Positions 1-11,118 of a stretch of 64,000 bases of DNA are shown piece after piece (the stretch's first letter is position 1; every line of letters starts with the position of its first letter). The position numbers and the translations under genes were made by a program. The stretch covers positions 2,647 through 66,646 of the forward strand of contig CAKZPS010000055.1 in assembly GCA_937139415.1 (NCBI GenBank), written 5' to 3'. This DNA is from an uncultured bacterium (GTDB lineage: Bacteria > Atribacterota > Atribacteria > Atribacterales > Caldatribacteriaceae). The notes beneath the pieces were generated by a model, which saw only the letters and a program-made list of their open reading frames with translations, had not been told where the DNA came from and searched no databases.

Positions 1-2151
1 AGAATTGGTGATTCGGTGGAAATAGGCTTGCGGTACGGTAAGGGCATGGTAAAAATTATCGTTTTCCGGGATTCTCGCCATGAAGAGTATCTCTTCAGTG
101 AACGCTTTGCCTGTGTCGATTGTGGTATAAATTTTTCCGAAATTACTCCTCGCATGTTTTCGTTCAACAATCCCTATGGAGCTTGTCCTCGTTGTAGCGG
201 TTTGGGTTTTTTAAGTTTTGTGGATCCCCGTTTGGTAGTTCCCGATTGGTCAAAGAGTATTGCCGAAGGAGCGATAGAACCATGGGGTGAATTAGATCCG
301 GAGAGTTTCTGGGGAGGGAGAATCCTTCGCGCCCTTGAAGAACGAAACATTTCTCTCAAGAAACCTTTTCGCGATCTCAGCGACGCCGAACAAAATTTTA
401 TTCTCTACGGTGATGGCCGTTTTGAAGGGGTTATAACCGCCTTAGAGAGGAAACTTCAGTCTGCTTCAGATTGGTGGGAACAAGAAGAAATCTCTCCGTA
501 TCTCTCCAATCGTGTTTGTCCAGAGTGTAATGGTGATCGACTTCGCAAAGAGAGCCTTTCGGTAAGGATTCAAGATTATTCTATTGGAGACCTGGTTCGC
601 TTGACCGTAGAGGAACTAGTCGGTTTCTTTGAGCAACTCCATTTTACTGGTAATGAGGCCATCATCGCTGAACCAATTCTCAGAGAGATTCGCGTTCGCC
701 TGGGATTCCTGCAAGAAGTAGGCTTAGGATATCTTACCTTGAATCGTTCTGCCTCAACCCTCTCGGGAGGCGAAGCTCAACGGATACGTTTAGCAACGCA
801 AATCGGTTCCGGACTGGTAGGGGTTTTATACGTCCTTGATGAGCCTACCATCGGATTGCATCCCCGCGATAATCAAAAACTCATCGCCATCCTGAAGAAA
901 TTGCGCGACCTGGGCAACACGGTTCTTGTGGTGGAACATGATGCGGATACCATGAAAAACGCAGATTTCATCATTGACATGGGTCCGGGAGCGGGAGAGA
1001 GGGGAGGAGAAGCGGTTGCCACCGGTTCTCCCGAGGAGATCATGAATCATCCAGCAAGCCTAACGGGGTCCTATTTGAGTGGGAGAAGAGCGATCCCCAT
1101 TCCTTATCGGCGTAAGGAACCTCAGGGGGAATGGTTGATTATACGGGGGGCGAAGGCGAATAATCTCAAAAATATCACCGTTCAAATTCCTCTGGGGTTA
1201 CTCGTAGGAATCACCGGTGTATCGGGGTCGGGAAAGAGCACTCTCCTTTACGACGTTATTTACCATTCACTTTCCCGATATCTCTTTCATCGGAGTAAAG
1301 AGAGCAAAGGATGTGATGAGATCGAGGGAACAAATTATCTCGATAAGGTTGTGATCATCGATCAATCCCCTATCGGAAGAACTCCTCGTTCCAATCCTGC
1401 TACCTATACCGGTGTCTTTACTGAAATTCGCAACCTTTTTGCCAAACTCCCCGAATCCAAAGCGCGCGGATACGCCCCAGGGCGCTTTAGTTTCAATGTG
1501 AAGGGAGGACGTTGCGAAGCGTGTCAAGGGAATGGAGTCATTAAAATAGAAATGCATTTTCTACCAGACGTTTTCGTAACTTGTGAACAGTGCCGAGGGA
1601 AACGGTATGCTCGCGAGACCTTAGATATTCAATACAAGGGGAAAAACATTGCCGAAGTTTTAGATATGAGCGTGGAGGAAGCGTTAACTTTTTTTGAGAA
1701 TATTCCCGTCATTCGGAGAAAATTGGAGATTCTCTCCCGAGTCGGGGTGGGGTATCTCAAGCTGGGGCAATCTGCCACCACGCTCTCGGGGGGAGAGGCG
1801 CAGCGAATTAAGTTAGCACGTGAATTGAGTAAGGTAGCTACTGGAAGGACATTATACCTCCTCGATGAACCAACAACCGGGCTCCATTTTGCGGATGTCG
1901 AAAAACTACTCTCGGTGTTATTAGAATTGCGGAGTAAAGGGAACACGGTCTTGATTATTGAGCACAACTTGGATGTTATCAAGAGCTGTGACTACCTTAT
2001 TGACCTTGGTCCTGAAGGAGGGGAACGAGGCGGGTACGTTGTCGCTCAAGGTACTCCTGAAGAAATTATTCAACTTCCCGGCTCTTATACCGGTCAATTT
2101 TTGAGAGAGGTGCTGCAGGCTGAGCGAAAAGGGGAATTATGTTCGGTTTGA
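1..2151 (+). CDS. uvrA: Excinuclease ABC subunit UvrA (5'-truncated by window edge)
   Basis: Frame is open from nt 1. Two ABC signatures (LSGGEAQRIRLA, LSGGEAQRIKLA), Walker A GVSGSGKST, and several CxxC zinc-finger pairs (CPRC, CPECNG, CEACQG, CEQCRG) typical of the C-terminal two-thirds of UvrA. Confidence 0.95.
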   Translation, partial: RIGDSVEIGLRYGKGMVKIIVFRDSRHEEYLFSERFACVDCGINFSEITPRMFSFNNPYGACPRCSGLGFLSFVDPRLVVPDWSKSIAEGAIEPWGELDPESFWGGRILRALEERNISLKKPFRDLSDAEQNFILYGDGRFEGVITALERKLQSASDWWEQEEISPYLSNRVCPECNGDRLRKESLSVRIQDYSIGDLVRLTVEELVGFFEQLHFTGNEAIIAEPILREIRVRLGFLQEVGLGYLTLNRSASTLSGGEAQRIRLATQIGSGLVGVLYVLDEPTIGLHPRDNQKLIAILKKLRDLGNTVLVVEHDADTMKNADFIIDMGPGAGERGGEAVATGSPEEIMNHPASLTGSYLSGRRAIPIPYRRKEPQGEWLIIRGAKANNLKNITVQIPLGLLVGITGVSGSGKSTLLYDVIYHSLSRYLFHRSKESKGCDEIEGTNYLDKVVIIDQSPIGRTPRSNPATYTGVFTEIRNLFAKLPESKARGYAPGRFSFNVKGGRCEACQGNGVIKIEMHFLPDVFVTCEQCRGKRYARETLDIQYKGKNIAEVLDMSVEEALTFFENIPVIRRKLEILSRVGVGYLKLGQSATTLSGGEAQRIKLARELSKVATGRTLYLLDEPTTGLHFADVEKLLSVLLELRSKGNTVLIIEHNLDVIKSCDYLIDLGPEGGERGGYVVAQGTPEEIIQLPGSYTGQFLREVLQAERKGELCSV

Positions 2152-3976
2152 AGTAGGAAAGAGCGAGATTGACGTTCTTCCTGAAGAATGTGGTGTATAT
2201 ATTTTCCGCAGTGCTCAGAACGAGGTAATATACGTCGGCAAAGCGGTTAATATTCAGAAGAGAATCAGATCTCACTTTGGACATAGAGACCCTTCTCCTT
2301 TCCGGGAAGACATGCTCAAAGAAGTAGTAAGCATCGATTACTTTCTCACTGCCACGGAACACGAGGCCTTACTCCTGGAAGAAGAGCTGATTAAAACTCA
2401 TAAACCTCGTTATAATTTACGTCTCAAGGATGACAAGAGTTATCCTTACATCCGAATTGCTCTTTACCCGCAATTTCCTTCGATTACTTTTGCAAGGAAG
2501 AAAATGAAGAAAGAGGGTCTTTACTTTGGACCTTTTACGAGTGCAAAAAAAGTTCGCGAGGGGATCAAATTGTTGCGTTCCCTTTTTCTCCTGCGTGGTT
2601 GTGAAATCCCCGAGCAACGTTTTCCTCTTCCCCGACCGTGTATTGACTATGATCTACGTCTGTGCAGTGCTCCTTGTGTGCATCGTATCTCTCAAGCAGA
2701 CTACCATCGTAACGTAGAAGCAGCCATTGACTTCCTCAACGGAAATTATGAGGCGCTTCTCTCGTCTCTGGAGAATAAAATGTGGGAGGCAGCAGAGATG
2801 CTCGACTTCGAAACGGCAGTACGTTACCGAGATCAGTTGGATGCTTTAAGAAGAATTGTTGCTCGTTACCGCTTGGTTTTGTCACGGTTAGATGACGTTG
2901 ACTTTGTGGAGGCGGCTTGCGGAAAGGACCTCAGTGTGGTGGTGGTACTTCGCGTGCGTAAAGGTAGACTCATAGACAGCGAAAGTTTCGTCGTAGAAAG
3001 CGGGATCCAAGGAAAGCCCCTTCTTGTGAAGGGATTTATAGAAGACTTTTATCTCTCTCGTTTTTCTTTTCCCTCGCGGGCATGTGTCTACCTTGATGAT
3101 TTCACCTCTTTTAATCGTTTCCTCCAAGAGTCTGGGTATCCGGTACTTCTCACCCCACCTTTGGATGCAGCGGAAGAGGAAATACTCCATTTTGCCTTAG
3201 AGAATGCCGAAAAAAACCTTGAAATAGAAGAAGAGAAATTGAAGCAAAAAAGTATGTGGTCAGAGAAAATCTTGGAAGATTTACGAGCGCGCCTTCATTT
3301 GGATCGCATCCCCCATTTAGTAGAAGGTATTGATATCTCCACTTTTCAGGGTGAAGAAGCCGTAGGAGTTATCGTCTCTTTCCAACACGGTTTACCCTAT
3401 AAGAAGAGGTATAGGAAGTTTATCATTCGGGAGACCGACTATCCCAACGATTACCTCATGTTGGCCGAAGTTGTCCGTCGACACTTTGAGCGACTCAAGA
3501 AACATGCTCTCTCTTTTCCCGATCTCTTGCTTGTCGATGGGGGAATTGGCCAACTCCACGCCGTTCTCGAGGTTCTCCAAAGTATGGCTATTACTGTTCC
3601 AACTATATCCTTGGCCAAAGAACACGAACAAATTTATATTCCCGCGCAAAATACACCTATTACTCTGCCTTCCCATTCCGAGGAGTTGAAGTTTCTCCAG
3701 CGTGTTCGCAATGAGGCCCATCGTTTCGCCATCACTTTTCATCGTGTACGTAGGAATAAAAAACTATTTTCCTCTCTCCTCGAGGAAATAGAGGGTATCG
3801 GCCCTATGAGGCAGCAAAAACTTCTCTCTCATTACGACAGTCTCCTTGAGATCGCCCAAGTACCACCTGAAGAGATTAGTAAAAATCTTCGGATTCCTTT
3901 ACCCACGGTGATTCATCTTCAGAAACGCTTAAGAGAGGTTTCCTCCGGTGAAATTCAGAGAAGTTCTGAAAAGTGA
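2139..3976 (+). CDS. uvrC: Excinuclease ABC subunit UvrC (5' end unresolved)
   Basis: ORF 2312-3976 plus an in-frame upstream extension encoding the GIY-YIG motif (GVYIFRS..VIYVGKA..KRIRSHF, about nt 2192-2280). C-terminal HhH (IEGIGPMRQQKLL). No in-frame ATG/GTG/TTG lies between the stop at 2102-2104 and ATG 2312. ATG 2139 is in another frame (see findings). Confidence 0.85.
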
Positions 3977-4835
3977 GCTCTATTCGCTCGTCCCTCTCGA
4001 GATACAGCAATCTTGGGCTGAATTTGTAGGCATCCTTCGAACGGGAGGGTGTATAGGGAAGAAAAATGGATTCATGACTCTTTCTCTCCAACATCGGGAC
4101 TTGGCGCTGATTAAAAAGTGCGTGGGTTTCAAGAAAAAGTTTTTTCCTCACACTGCCCACATTATCGTTGAGGAACGGAAAAAAGGCCTTAATGCGGGGA
4201 TCCTGTACGACTTGGATATTTACCTGGAAGAAGAAACGATTTTCACCGAATTAGGCTTCGGAAGCATTGAGCCTCTTCTCGCTATTCTACAGAGCGCAAA
4301 CGATTCTTTTTTCGTACGGGGGGTTTTCGAGGTACGAGGCTACGTCTCGGAACCTCAAAGAGGATACCATTTAGATATCACCCTTCCCTCAGAACAGCTC
4401 ACTCAATTGCTTCTCTCCCATCTTGGGGAAAGGGGAATGTCTTTCAAGTATCGATATTTCAGAGAAGAATTCCATCTATATAGCAAAAACGCTTCTACGA
4501 TAGAAACATTTTTAGGATATCTCGGAGCTATCCAAAGTTACCTCCTTTTAGAGAAAATCCGGGTGGAAAAGGCTACGGTAGAGAGCCTAACCAAGTGGGT
4601 CAATTGTGCTACTTCAAATTTGGAGAGAACCGTAGAATCCTCTCTTCGTCAGAGGCAAAAACTCTCTCGTGTGAACCTCGAACTTCTTCCTCCCAGACTT
4701 CGTCAAATTGCCTATCTTAGGCTCCAATATCCCTACGCTTCTTTGCGAGAACTGGGAGAAAAATGTGTTCCTCCTCTCTCTAAGATGAACGTTTTTCGGC
4801 GCCTGAAAGAATTGGAGAATTTTGAGTCAAAATAG
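3948..4835 (+). CDS. whiA: DNA-binding cell-division/sporulation regulator WhiA
   Basis: 295 aa with a GTG start. N-terminal WhiA-type region (FREVLKSEL...AEFVGILRTGG) and C-terminal HTH (LRLQYPYASLRELGEKCVPPLSKMNVFRRLKEL). Overlaps the uvrC end by 29 nt. Confidence 0.8.
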   Translation: MKFREVLKSELYSLVPLEIQQSWAEFVGILRTGGCIGKKNGFMTLSLQHRDLALIKKCVGFKKKFFPHTAHIIVEERKKGLNAGILYDLDIYLEEETIFTELGFGSIEPLLAILQSANDSFFVRGVFEVRGYVSEPQRGYHLDITLPSEQLTQLLLSHLGERGMSFKYRYFREEFHLYSKNASTIETFLGYLGAIQSYLLLEKIRVEKATVESLTKWVNCATSNLERTVESSLRQRQKLSRVNLELLPPRLRQIAYLRLQYPYASLRELGEKCVPPLSKMNVFRRLKELENFESK

Positions 4836-4935
4836 AGTTCATGAAAAACCATGGTTTACAGTGGTATGGAAATGTTTTAAAATAAATGAAGGTTTTTTAT
4901 TGTTTTTACTCCATTGATGAAAAGGAGGAACATAG

Positions 4936-6042
4936 ATGGCCAGTGTGAACTTGAAAAACGTGGTGAAACGCTTTGGCGAAGTTGTGGCGGTAAACAAAGT
5001 CAGTTTGGAAATCAAAGACCAAGAATTTGTGGTGCTGGTTGGACCCTCCGGTTGTGGGAAAACGACTACTTTGCGTATGATTGCCGGTTTAGAAGAGGTT
5101 GACGATGGAGAGATTTATATCGGGGATACCTTAGTGAACGATGTTCCCCCCAAAGATCGTGATATCGCCATGGTTTTCCAGAATTACGCCTTGTATCCTC
5201 ACATGGATGTTTATAATAACATGGCCTTTGGATTAAAATTGAGGAAATTTCCCAAGGATGAGATCGATCAGCGGGTAAAAGAGGCAGCAGAAATTCTTGG
5301 TATTCAAGAATTACTCCATCGCAAACCCAAACAACTCTCCGGAGGACAGAGACAAAGAGTGGCAGTTGGACGTGCTATTGTGCGCCACCCTAAGGTTTTC
5401 CTCTTTGACGAGCCTCTCTCTAACTTAGACGCAAAATTACGCGTCCAGATGAGGGCAGAATTGGCAAAACTCCACAATCGTTTGAAAACCACAATGATTT
5501 ACGTAACCCATGACCAAGTGGAAGCAATGACCATGGGCGATCGGATCGTGGTCATGAAAGATGGTATCGTGCAACAGGTCGGGACTCCCCTCGAATTGTA
5601 CAATCAACCTACCAACAAATTTGTCGCTGGTTTTATCGGTACCCCATCCATGAACTTCTTAGATGTCACTCTGAAAAAGGAAGGAGAATCATTTGTTTTG
5701 GATGGAACCTCCTTTAAGATTAAAGTTCCTGCAGAGTACAAATCCGCAATAGAGCCTTACGCAGGTAAAGACGTAACCTTCGGCATCCGTCCTCAGGATA
5801 TTTACGATTTGGGAGTCTCGAAGGAAATGCTCCGAGATAATGGAAATGTTATCGACGCCGTAGTGGATGTTGTTGAGCCTTTGGGTTCTGAACAAATTGT
5901 TTATTTAACTTCTGGTCCTCACACCATCGTTGCGGTGCTCGACATGCAGACTCATACCGAAGTAGGCGAGACCATTAAAATTGTCGTCGATACCACGAAA
6001 ATGCATCTTTTCGACATCAATACCGAACGAGCGATTATTTAA
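4936..6042 (+). CDS. Sugar ABC transporter ATP-binding protein (MalK/MsmX/UgpC type), orphan
   Basis: Walker [10 protein letters not shown], signature [14 protein letters not shown], Walker [12 protein letters not shown], and a C-terminal MalK-type regulatory domain. SD AAAGGAGG lies upstream. No permease or binding-protein genes are adjacent. Confidence 0.9.
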   Translation: MASVNLKNVVKRFGEVVAVNKVSLEIKDQEFVVLVGPSGCGKTTTLRMIAGLEEVDDGEIYIGDTLVNDVPPKDRDIAMVFQNYALYPHMDVYNNMAFGLKLRKFPKDEIDQRVKEAAEILGIQELLHRKPKQLSGGQRQRVAVGRAIVRHPKVFLFDEPLSNLDAKLRVQMRAELAKLHNRLKTTMIYVTHDQVEAMTMGDRIVVMKDGIVQQVGTPLELYNQPTNKFVAGFIGTPSMNFLDVTLKKEGESFVLDGTSFKIKVPAEYKSAIEPYAGKDVTFGIRPQDIYDLGVSKEMLRDNGNVIDAVVDVVEPLGSEQIVYLTSGPHTIVAVLDMQTHTEVGETIKIVVDTTKMHLFDINTERAII

Positions 6043-7104
<1,062 letters not shown>

Positions 7105-7120
7105 AGAAAGGAGCGGCGTA

Positions 7121-7897
7121 ATGGTTCGTACTCTTATCGCAGCTGGCAATTGGAAAATGTATAAAACCGTTCAAGAAGCCTCGGCATATGCCGAGGCTTT
7201 TCTCTCTCGTGTGGGAAACTTTCAAGAGGTAGAGATGATCATTTGTCCTCCGTTTACTGCTCTCCCGGCATTGAGCCAGAGCTTGTCTCATTCTCCGGTA
7301 AAATTAGGTGCGCAGAATATGCACTGGGAAGTTAAGGGAGCTTTTACTGGAGAAATTGCTCCTTCCATGCTCAAAGAATTGCGCTGTCAGTACGTGATTT
7401 TAGGACACTCCGAGCGGAGACATATTTTCCGTGAAACTTCTGAAGAAGTTGGGAAAAAAGTGCAAAGTGCATTCGCTTGGGATCTTTGCCCTATCCTTTG
7501 TGTAGGGGAAACCTTAGAAGAACGGGAAAATGGTGCTACCAATCAAATTGTTGAAGAACAACTCTTGAAAGGTATCGAATCCCTTCCCCCAGAAAAAGCA
7601 CACACTCTTGTCATTGCCTACGAACCAGTGTGGGCTATCGGTACCGGTAAGGCGGCTACTCCTCATGATGCCGAAGAAGTGATCGCCTTCATCCGGCAAA
7701 AATTGGGTGAAAAATTAGGCCAAGAAATGGTGGAAAAAATCCGCATCCTCTACGGGGGAAGTGTTACTCCCGAAAATGTCTTCGATTTTGTGGTAAGGCC
7801 ATCAATTGATGGAACCTTAGTGGGAGGAGCAAGCTTAGACCCGGAAAAGTTTTGGAAGATTGTTCAAGAAACCTATCGGGCGTTGCAAGTAAAATAA
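7121..7897 (+). CDS. tpiA: Triose-phosphate isomerase
   Basis: 258 aa with the NWKM, GHSERR and AYEPVWAIGTG motifs. Confidence 0.95.
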   Translation: MVRTLIAAGNWKMYKTVQEASAYAEAFLSRVGNFQEVEMIICPPFTALPALSQSLSHSPVKLGAQNMHWEVKGAFTGEIAPSMLKELRCQYVILGHSERRHIFRETSEEVGKKVQSAFAWDLCPILCVGETLEERENGATNQIVEEQLLKGIESLPPEKAHTLVIAYEPVWAIGTGKAATPHDAEEVIAFIRQKLGEKLGQEMVEKIRILYGGSVTPENVFDFVVRPSIDGTLVGGASLDPEKFWKIVQETYRALQVK

Positions 7898-7911
7898 AGG
7901 AGTGCTCAATT

Positions 7912-8142
7912 ATGGAAGCTTGGATGATTTTGCAGATAGTCATTTCTTGTGGTTTGATTTTGACGGTGATTTTGCAACCTCGGAAGTCAGGCTTGGGAGG
8001 GGGTATATTCGGCGGAATGACTTTGGCAAATCGTAGTAGTAAATTCAAAAATTTACCTATTTTGACCAAGCTTACCGCCCTCTTAGGACTGGTGCTTATG
8101 GTTCTCTCTCTTTTTTTCGCCCTTTTGGTAGCTCGGGTATAG
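7912..8142 (+). CDS. secG: Preprotein translocase subunit SecG
   Basis: 76 aa from ATG 7912. Two hydrophobic helices flank a Gly-rich loop (SGLGGGIFGG). Sits in the classic position downstream of tpiA. Confidence 0.8.
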   Translation: MEAWMILQIVISCGLILTVILQPRKSGLGGGIFGGMTLANRSSKFKNLPILTKLTALLGLVLMVLSLFFALLVARV

Positions 8143-8155
8143 GAGTGGATAATTC

Positions 8156-9193
8156 GTGGAAAAAAAGTGGTTATCTTCATTGAAAGAGCTTGAGGAAATA
8201 AAAGTACAAGAAGAGAGGTTATTCTATTCTGCCACCCATGAAGAGATCGCCCGCGGCTATACAACCGATGTTTACTTCGTGAGTGCACAGGAAATTTTAC
8301 GTTACCTCCAATTAGATAACACGATAGTGGTGGCAGAGATATTCCCTCGCCGTTCGGGTGTTCTTTGTGGGGTAAAAGAGGTATTGCGTCTCCTTGAGAA
8401 TAGCAATGTAGAGGTGTGGAGTTTAGAAGAGGGCGAAAAATTTGTGGCCAAGGAAGTGGTTATGCGAATTAAGGGTCCGTATTCCCAGTTCGGCGTTTTT
8501 GAAACTCCGCTTCTCGGTATTTTGGCGCATAGCTCAGGATGGGCAACCGCTGCATGGGAATGCAAGCAAGCGGCTCAGGACAAAACCATCATTTCTTTCG
8601 GTGCAAGACATGTTCACCCCGCGGTTGCTCCAGTGTTGGAAAGATCAGCGATCATCGGAGGTGCCGACGGGGCGGCATGTATTTTGGGAGCAAAGCTGAT
8701 GAGACAAGACCCAGGAGGGACCATGCCCCACGCCGTAATCTTAATCGTTGGTGACACCGTAGTTACTGCCAAGACGTTTGCCGAAATTATTCCCTCCAAA
8801 TTCCCACGAATTATCCTGGTCGATACTTTTAAGGATGAAGCAGAAGAAGCAATGCGCGTAGCTCATTGCCTCAAAGAAGAACTTTGGGGGATACGGCTTG
8901 ACACACCTGACGAGCGGGGAGGAGTAACTCTTGCCTTAGTAGAAGAAGTGAGAGAGCGACTCAACCAAGCCGGTTTCCGGGAGGTAAAAATAGTCGTTTC
9001 CGGAGGACTCAATCCAGAGAAAATCGCCCTTATGCGTGAAAAGGTTGATATCTTTGGAGTAGGAAGTTATATCAGTGGTCATCCGCCCATTGATATGACT
9101 ATGGATATTAAAGAGGTAGCTGGTCAAAAGGTGGCGAAAAGAGGGAGAATACCGGGGATGATATCGAATCCCCGGTTGAAGAGAATGAAATAG
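8156..9193 (+). CDS. Nicotinate phosphoribosyltransferase-like (type II PRTase family)
   Basis: 345 aa with a GTG start. Motifs GARHVHP, GGTMPHA, RLDTP and VSGGL resemble archaeal/thermophile-type NAPRT/QPRT-family enzymes. Confidence 0.7.
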   Translation: MEKKWLSSLKELEEIKVQEERLFYSATHEEIARGYTTDVYFVSAQEILRYLQLDNTIVVAEIFPRRSGVLCGVKEVLRLLENSNVEVWSLEEGEKFVAKEVVMRIKGPYSQFGVFETPLLGILAHSSGWATAAWECKQAAQDKTIISFGARHVHPAVAPVLERSAIIGGADGAACILGAKLMRQDPGGTMPHAVILIVGDTVVTAKTFAEIIPSKFPRIILVDTFKDEAEEAMRVAHCLKEELWGIRLDTPDERGGVTLALVEEVRERLNQAGFREVKIVVSGGLNPEKIALMREKVDIFGVGSYISGHPPIDMTMDIKEVAGQKVAKRGRIPGMISNPRLKRMK

Positions 9194-9208
9194 TTAGGGG
9201 GTGGGGTA

Positions 9209-11053
9209 ATGAAAAGGTTTTGTTTCGTTTGGCTTTTGGTTATCTTGCTCAATGTGGTACTAGGAGGTGTGGTTTTCGCCGAAATGAAAAATCCAGACAC
9301 CTATATCTACTTAACTATCAGTGAACCAGATACCCTTGATCCTCATTTTGCTTACGATACTGCGAGCGGTGAGATTATCAACTTTGTGTATGAGAATCTC
9401 ATTGCCTATCGAGATGAAAGCGTTACCGAGCTCGTGCCTCGCTTATCTGAAGCAGTTCCCTCGGCCGATAACGGGTTGATCAAGGACGATGGCAAAACCT
9501 ATGTCTTCCCCATTCGTAAAGGTGTGAAATTCCATAATGGCAGGGATCTTACCCCGGAGGATGTAGAGTATAGTTTCGAACGTGGTATTCTCTTTGATCC
9601 TTATGCTGGGCCGATGTGGATGTTAATTGAGGCTATTTTTAACTATGGCTCCTTAGAAGATTTCGTGGCTGATAAATTGGGAATGAGTTGGGAAGAGATG
9701 TTTAACGAGGACGGAAGCTTAAAGAGTGAGGAATACGCAGAGAAACTCGTTTCCTTCTATCGCCAATACATCGACCCGGCCATAGAGGTAGAAGAGGATG
9801 ACGTCGTTTTTCACTTGGTAAGACCGTTTGCTCCTTTTTTGAGTATTCTTGCTCAAAACTCGAATTGGAGTGCCATCTTAGACAAAGAAACCTCTATCGA
9901 AATGGGCCTTTGGGATGGAAAGGCAGAGAATTGGTGGAAATATCACAGTCTGAAGAAAGAAGAAAGTCCTCTCTATCAACAGACTATCGGAACTGGCCCT
10001 TTTAAATTCTTAGAATGGGACCGGGCACAGCAGAAAGTCACCTTGGTGAGAAACGAAGAGTATTGGGGAGAGAAACCCAAATTAGCCAAAGTTATTATCT
10101 GGGGGATCGATGAATGGAGCACCCGTCGAGCGATGTTAGAAGCAGGAGACGCGGATCAAATCTATGCTCCACTCCAATACTACGACCAGGTCAAAACTTT
10201 ACCGGGAGTGAAAGTCGAAGAAGGTGCTCGAATCACCATTACCGCCATGCACTTCAATTGGACGGTGAATAAGGAGAGTAAATACATCGGCAGTGGACAA
10301 CCCGATGGAGAAGGAATTCCCCTCGATTTCTTTAGCGATGTTCATGTCCGTAAGGCATTTAGTTACGCTTTTGACTACGATACTTTTATTGCTGAGGTTT
10401 TGAAAGGACATGGGATTCGCATTCCCAGTGTTATTCCGCGAGGACTTTTGGGTTACAATGAAAATCTCCCTATGTATCCGTTTGACTTAGAAAAAGCCAA
10501 GGAAGAATTTCAAAAAGCTTGGAATGGTGAAGTATGGGAGAAAGGCTTTAAACTGACTCTTCTCTACAACACTGGCAATGAGGCACGGCAGACAGCTTGC
10601 GAAATGTTAAAAGAGAATATCGAATCTTTAAATCCCAAGTTTAAGATCGAAGTTCAGGGAGTACAATGGCCAAATTACTTAGATGCGTATAAACAGGGTC
10701 AGTTGCCCGCCTTTGTCATCGGATGGTTAGCTGACTACCCCGATCCTCATAACTTCATCTTCACCTATTACCACAGTGATGGAGTGTACGGTGGTCCTCA
10801 AGGAAAACTCTATGCTGATTTTGCCCAAACTCATTTCAATGCCTTGATCGAACAAGCTATCGCCGAGACTGACCCGGAAAAGAGAGCTGCCTTGTACGAA
10901 GAGATTCAGAAAATCGCTTATGAGAACGCAGTAGGAATTACTTTCTATCAACCAGGAGAAATATTCGTTATGCGAGATTGGGTCAAAGGATGGTATTTGA
11001 ACCCCATGCGTCCTGGGGAAGTAAACTACGATAGTATTTGGAAAGAAGAGTAA
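9209..11053 (+). CDS. ABC transporter substrate-binding protein, family 5 (peptide/nickel Opp/Dpp type)
   Basis: 614 aa. Signal peptide MKRFCFVWLLVILLNVVLGGVVFA. Family-5 SBP-like sequence. First gene of a 5-gene opp/dpp-type cluster. Confidence 0.85.
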   Translation: MKRFCFVWLLVILLNVVLGGVVFAEMKNPDTYIYLTISEPDTLDPHFAYDTASGEIINFVYENLIAYRDESVTELVPRLSEAVPSADNGLIKDDGKTYVFPIRKGVKFHNGRDLTPEDVEYSFERGILFDPYAGPMWMLIEAIFNYGSLEDFVADKLGMSWEEMFNEDGSLKSEEYAEKLVSFYRQYIDPAIEVEEDDVVFHLVRPFAPFLSILAQNSNWSAILDKETSIEMGLWDGKAENWWKYHSLKKEESPLYQQTIGTGPFKFLEWDRAQQKVTLVRNEEYWGEKPKLAKVIIWGIDEWSTRRAMLEAGDADQIYAPLQYYDQVKTLPGVKVEEGARITITAMHFNWTVNKESKYIGSGQPDGEGIPLDFFSDVHVRKAFSYAFDYDTFIAEVLKGHGIRIPSVIPRGLLGYNENLPMYPFDLEKAKEEFQKAWNGEVWEKGFKLTLLYNTGNEARQTACEMLKENIESLNPKFKIEVQGVQWPNYLDAYKQGQLPAFVIGWLADYPDPHNFIFTYYHSDGVYGGPQGKLYADFAQTHFNALIEQAIAETDPEKRAALYEEIQKIAYENAVGITFYQPGEIFVMRDWVKGWYLNPMRPGEVNYDSIWKEE

Positions 11054-11069
11054 AGAGAAAAGAGAGGGA

Positions 11070-11101
11070 AATGGAGTGGGGAAAGCTTTCCCCACTCCAT
11101 T
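11070..11101 (+). promoter_or_regulatory. Intercistronic perfect palindromic stem-loop between the SBP and permease genes
   Basis: aatggagtggggaaag/ctttccccactccatt is a 32-nt perfect palindrome (about 14 bp stem around an agct centre). It is followed directly by GGAGG and then ATG 11119. No clear U-tract. Confidence 0.6.
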
Positions 11102-11118
11102 GGAGGTTTTGAAAGAAT

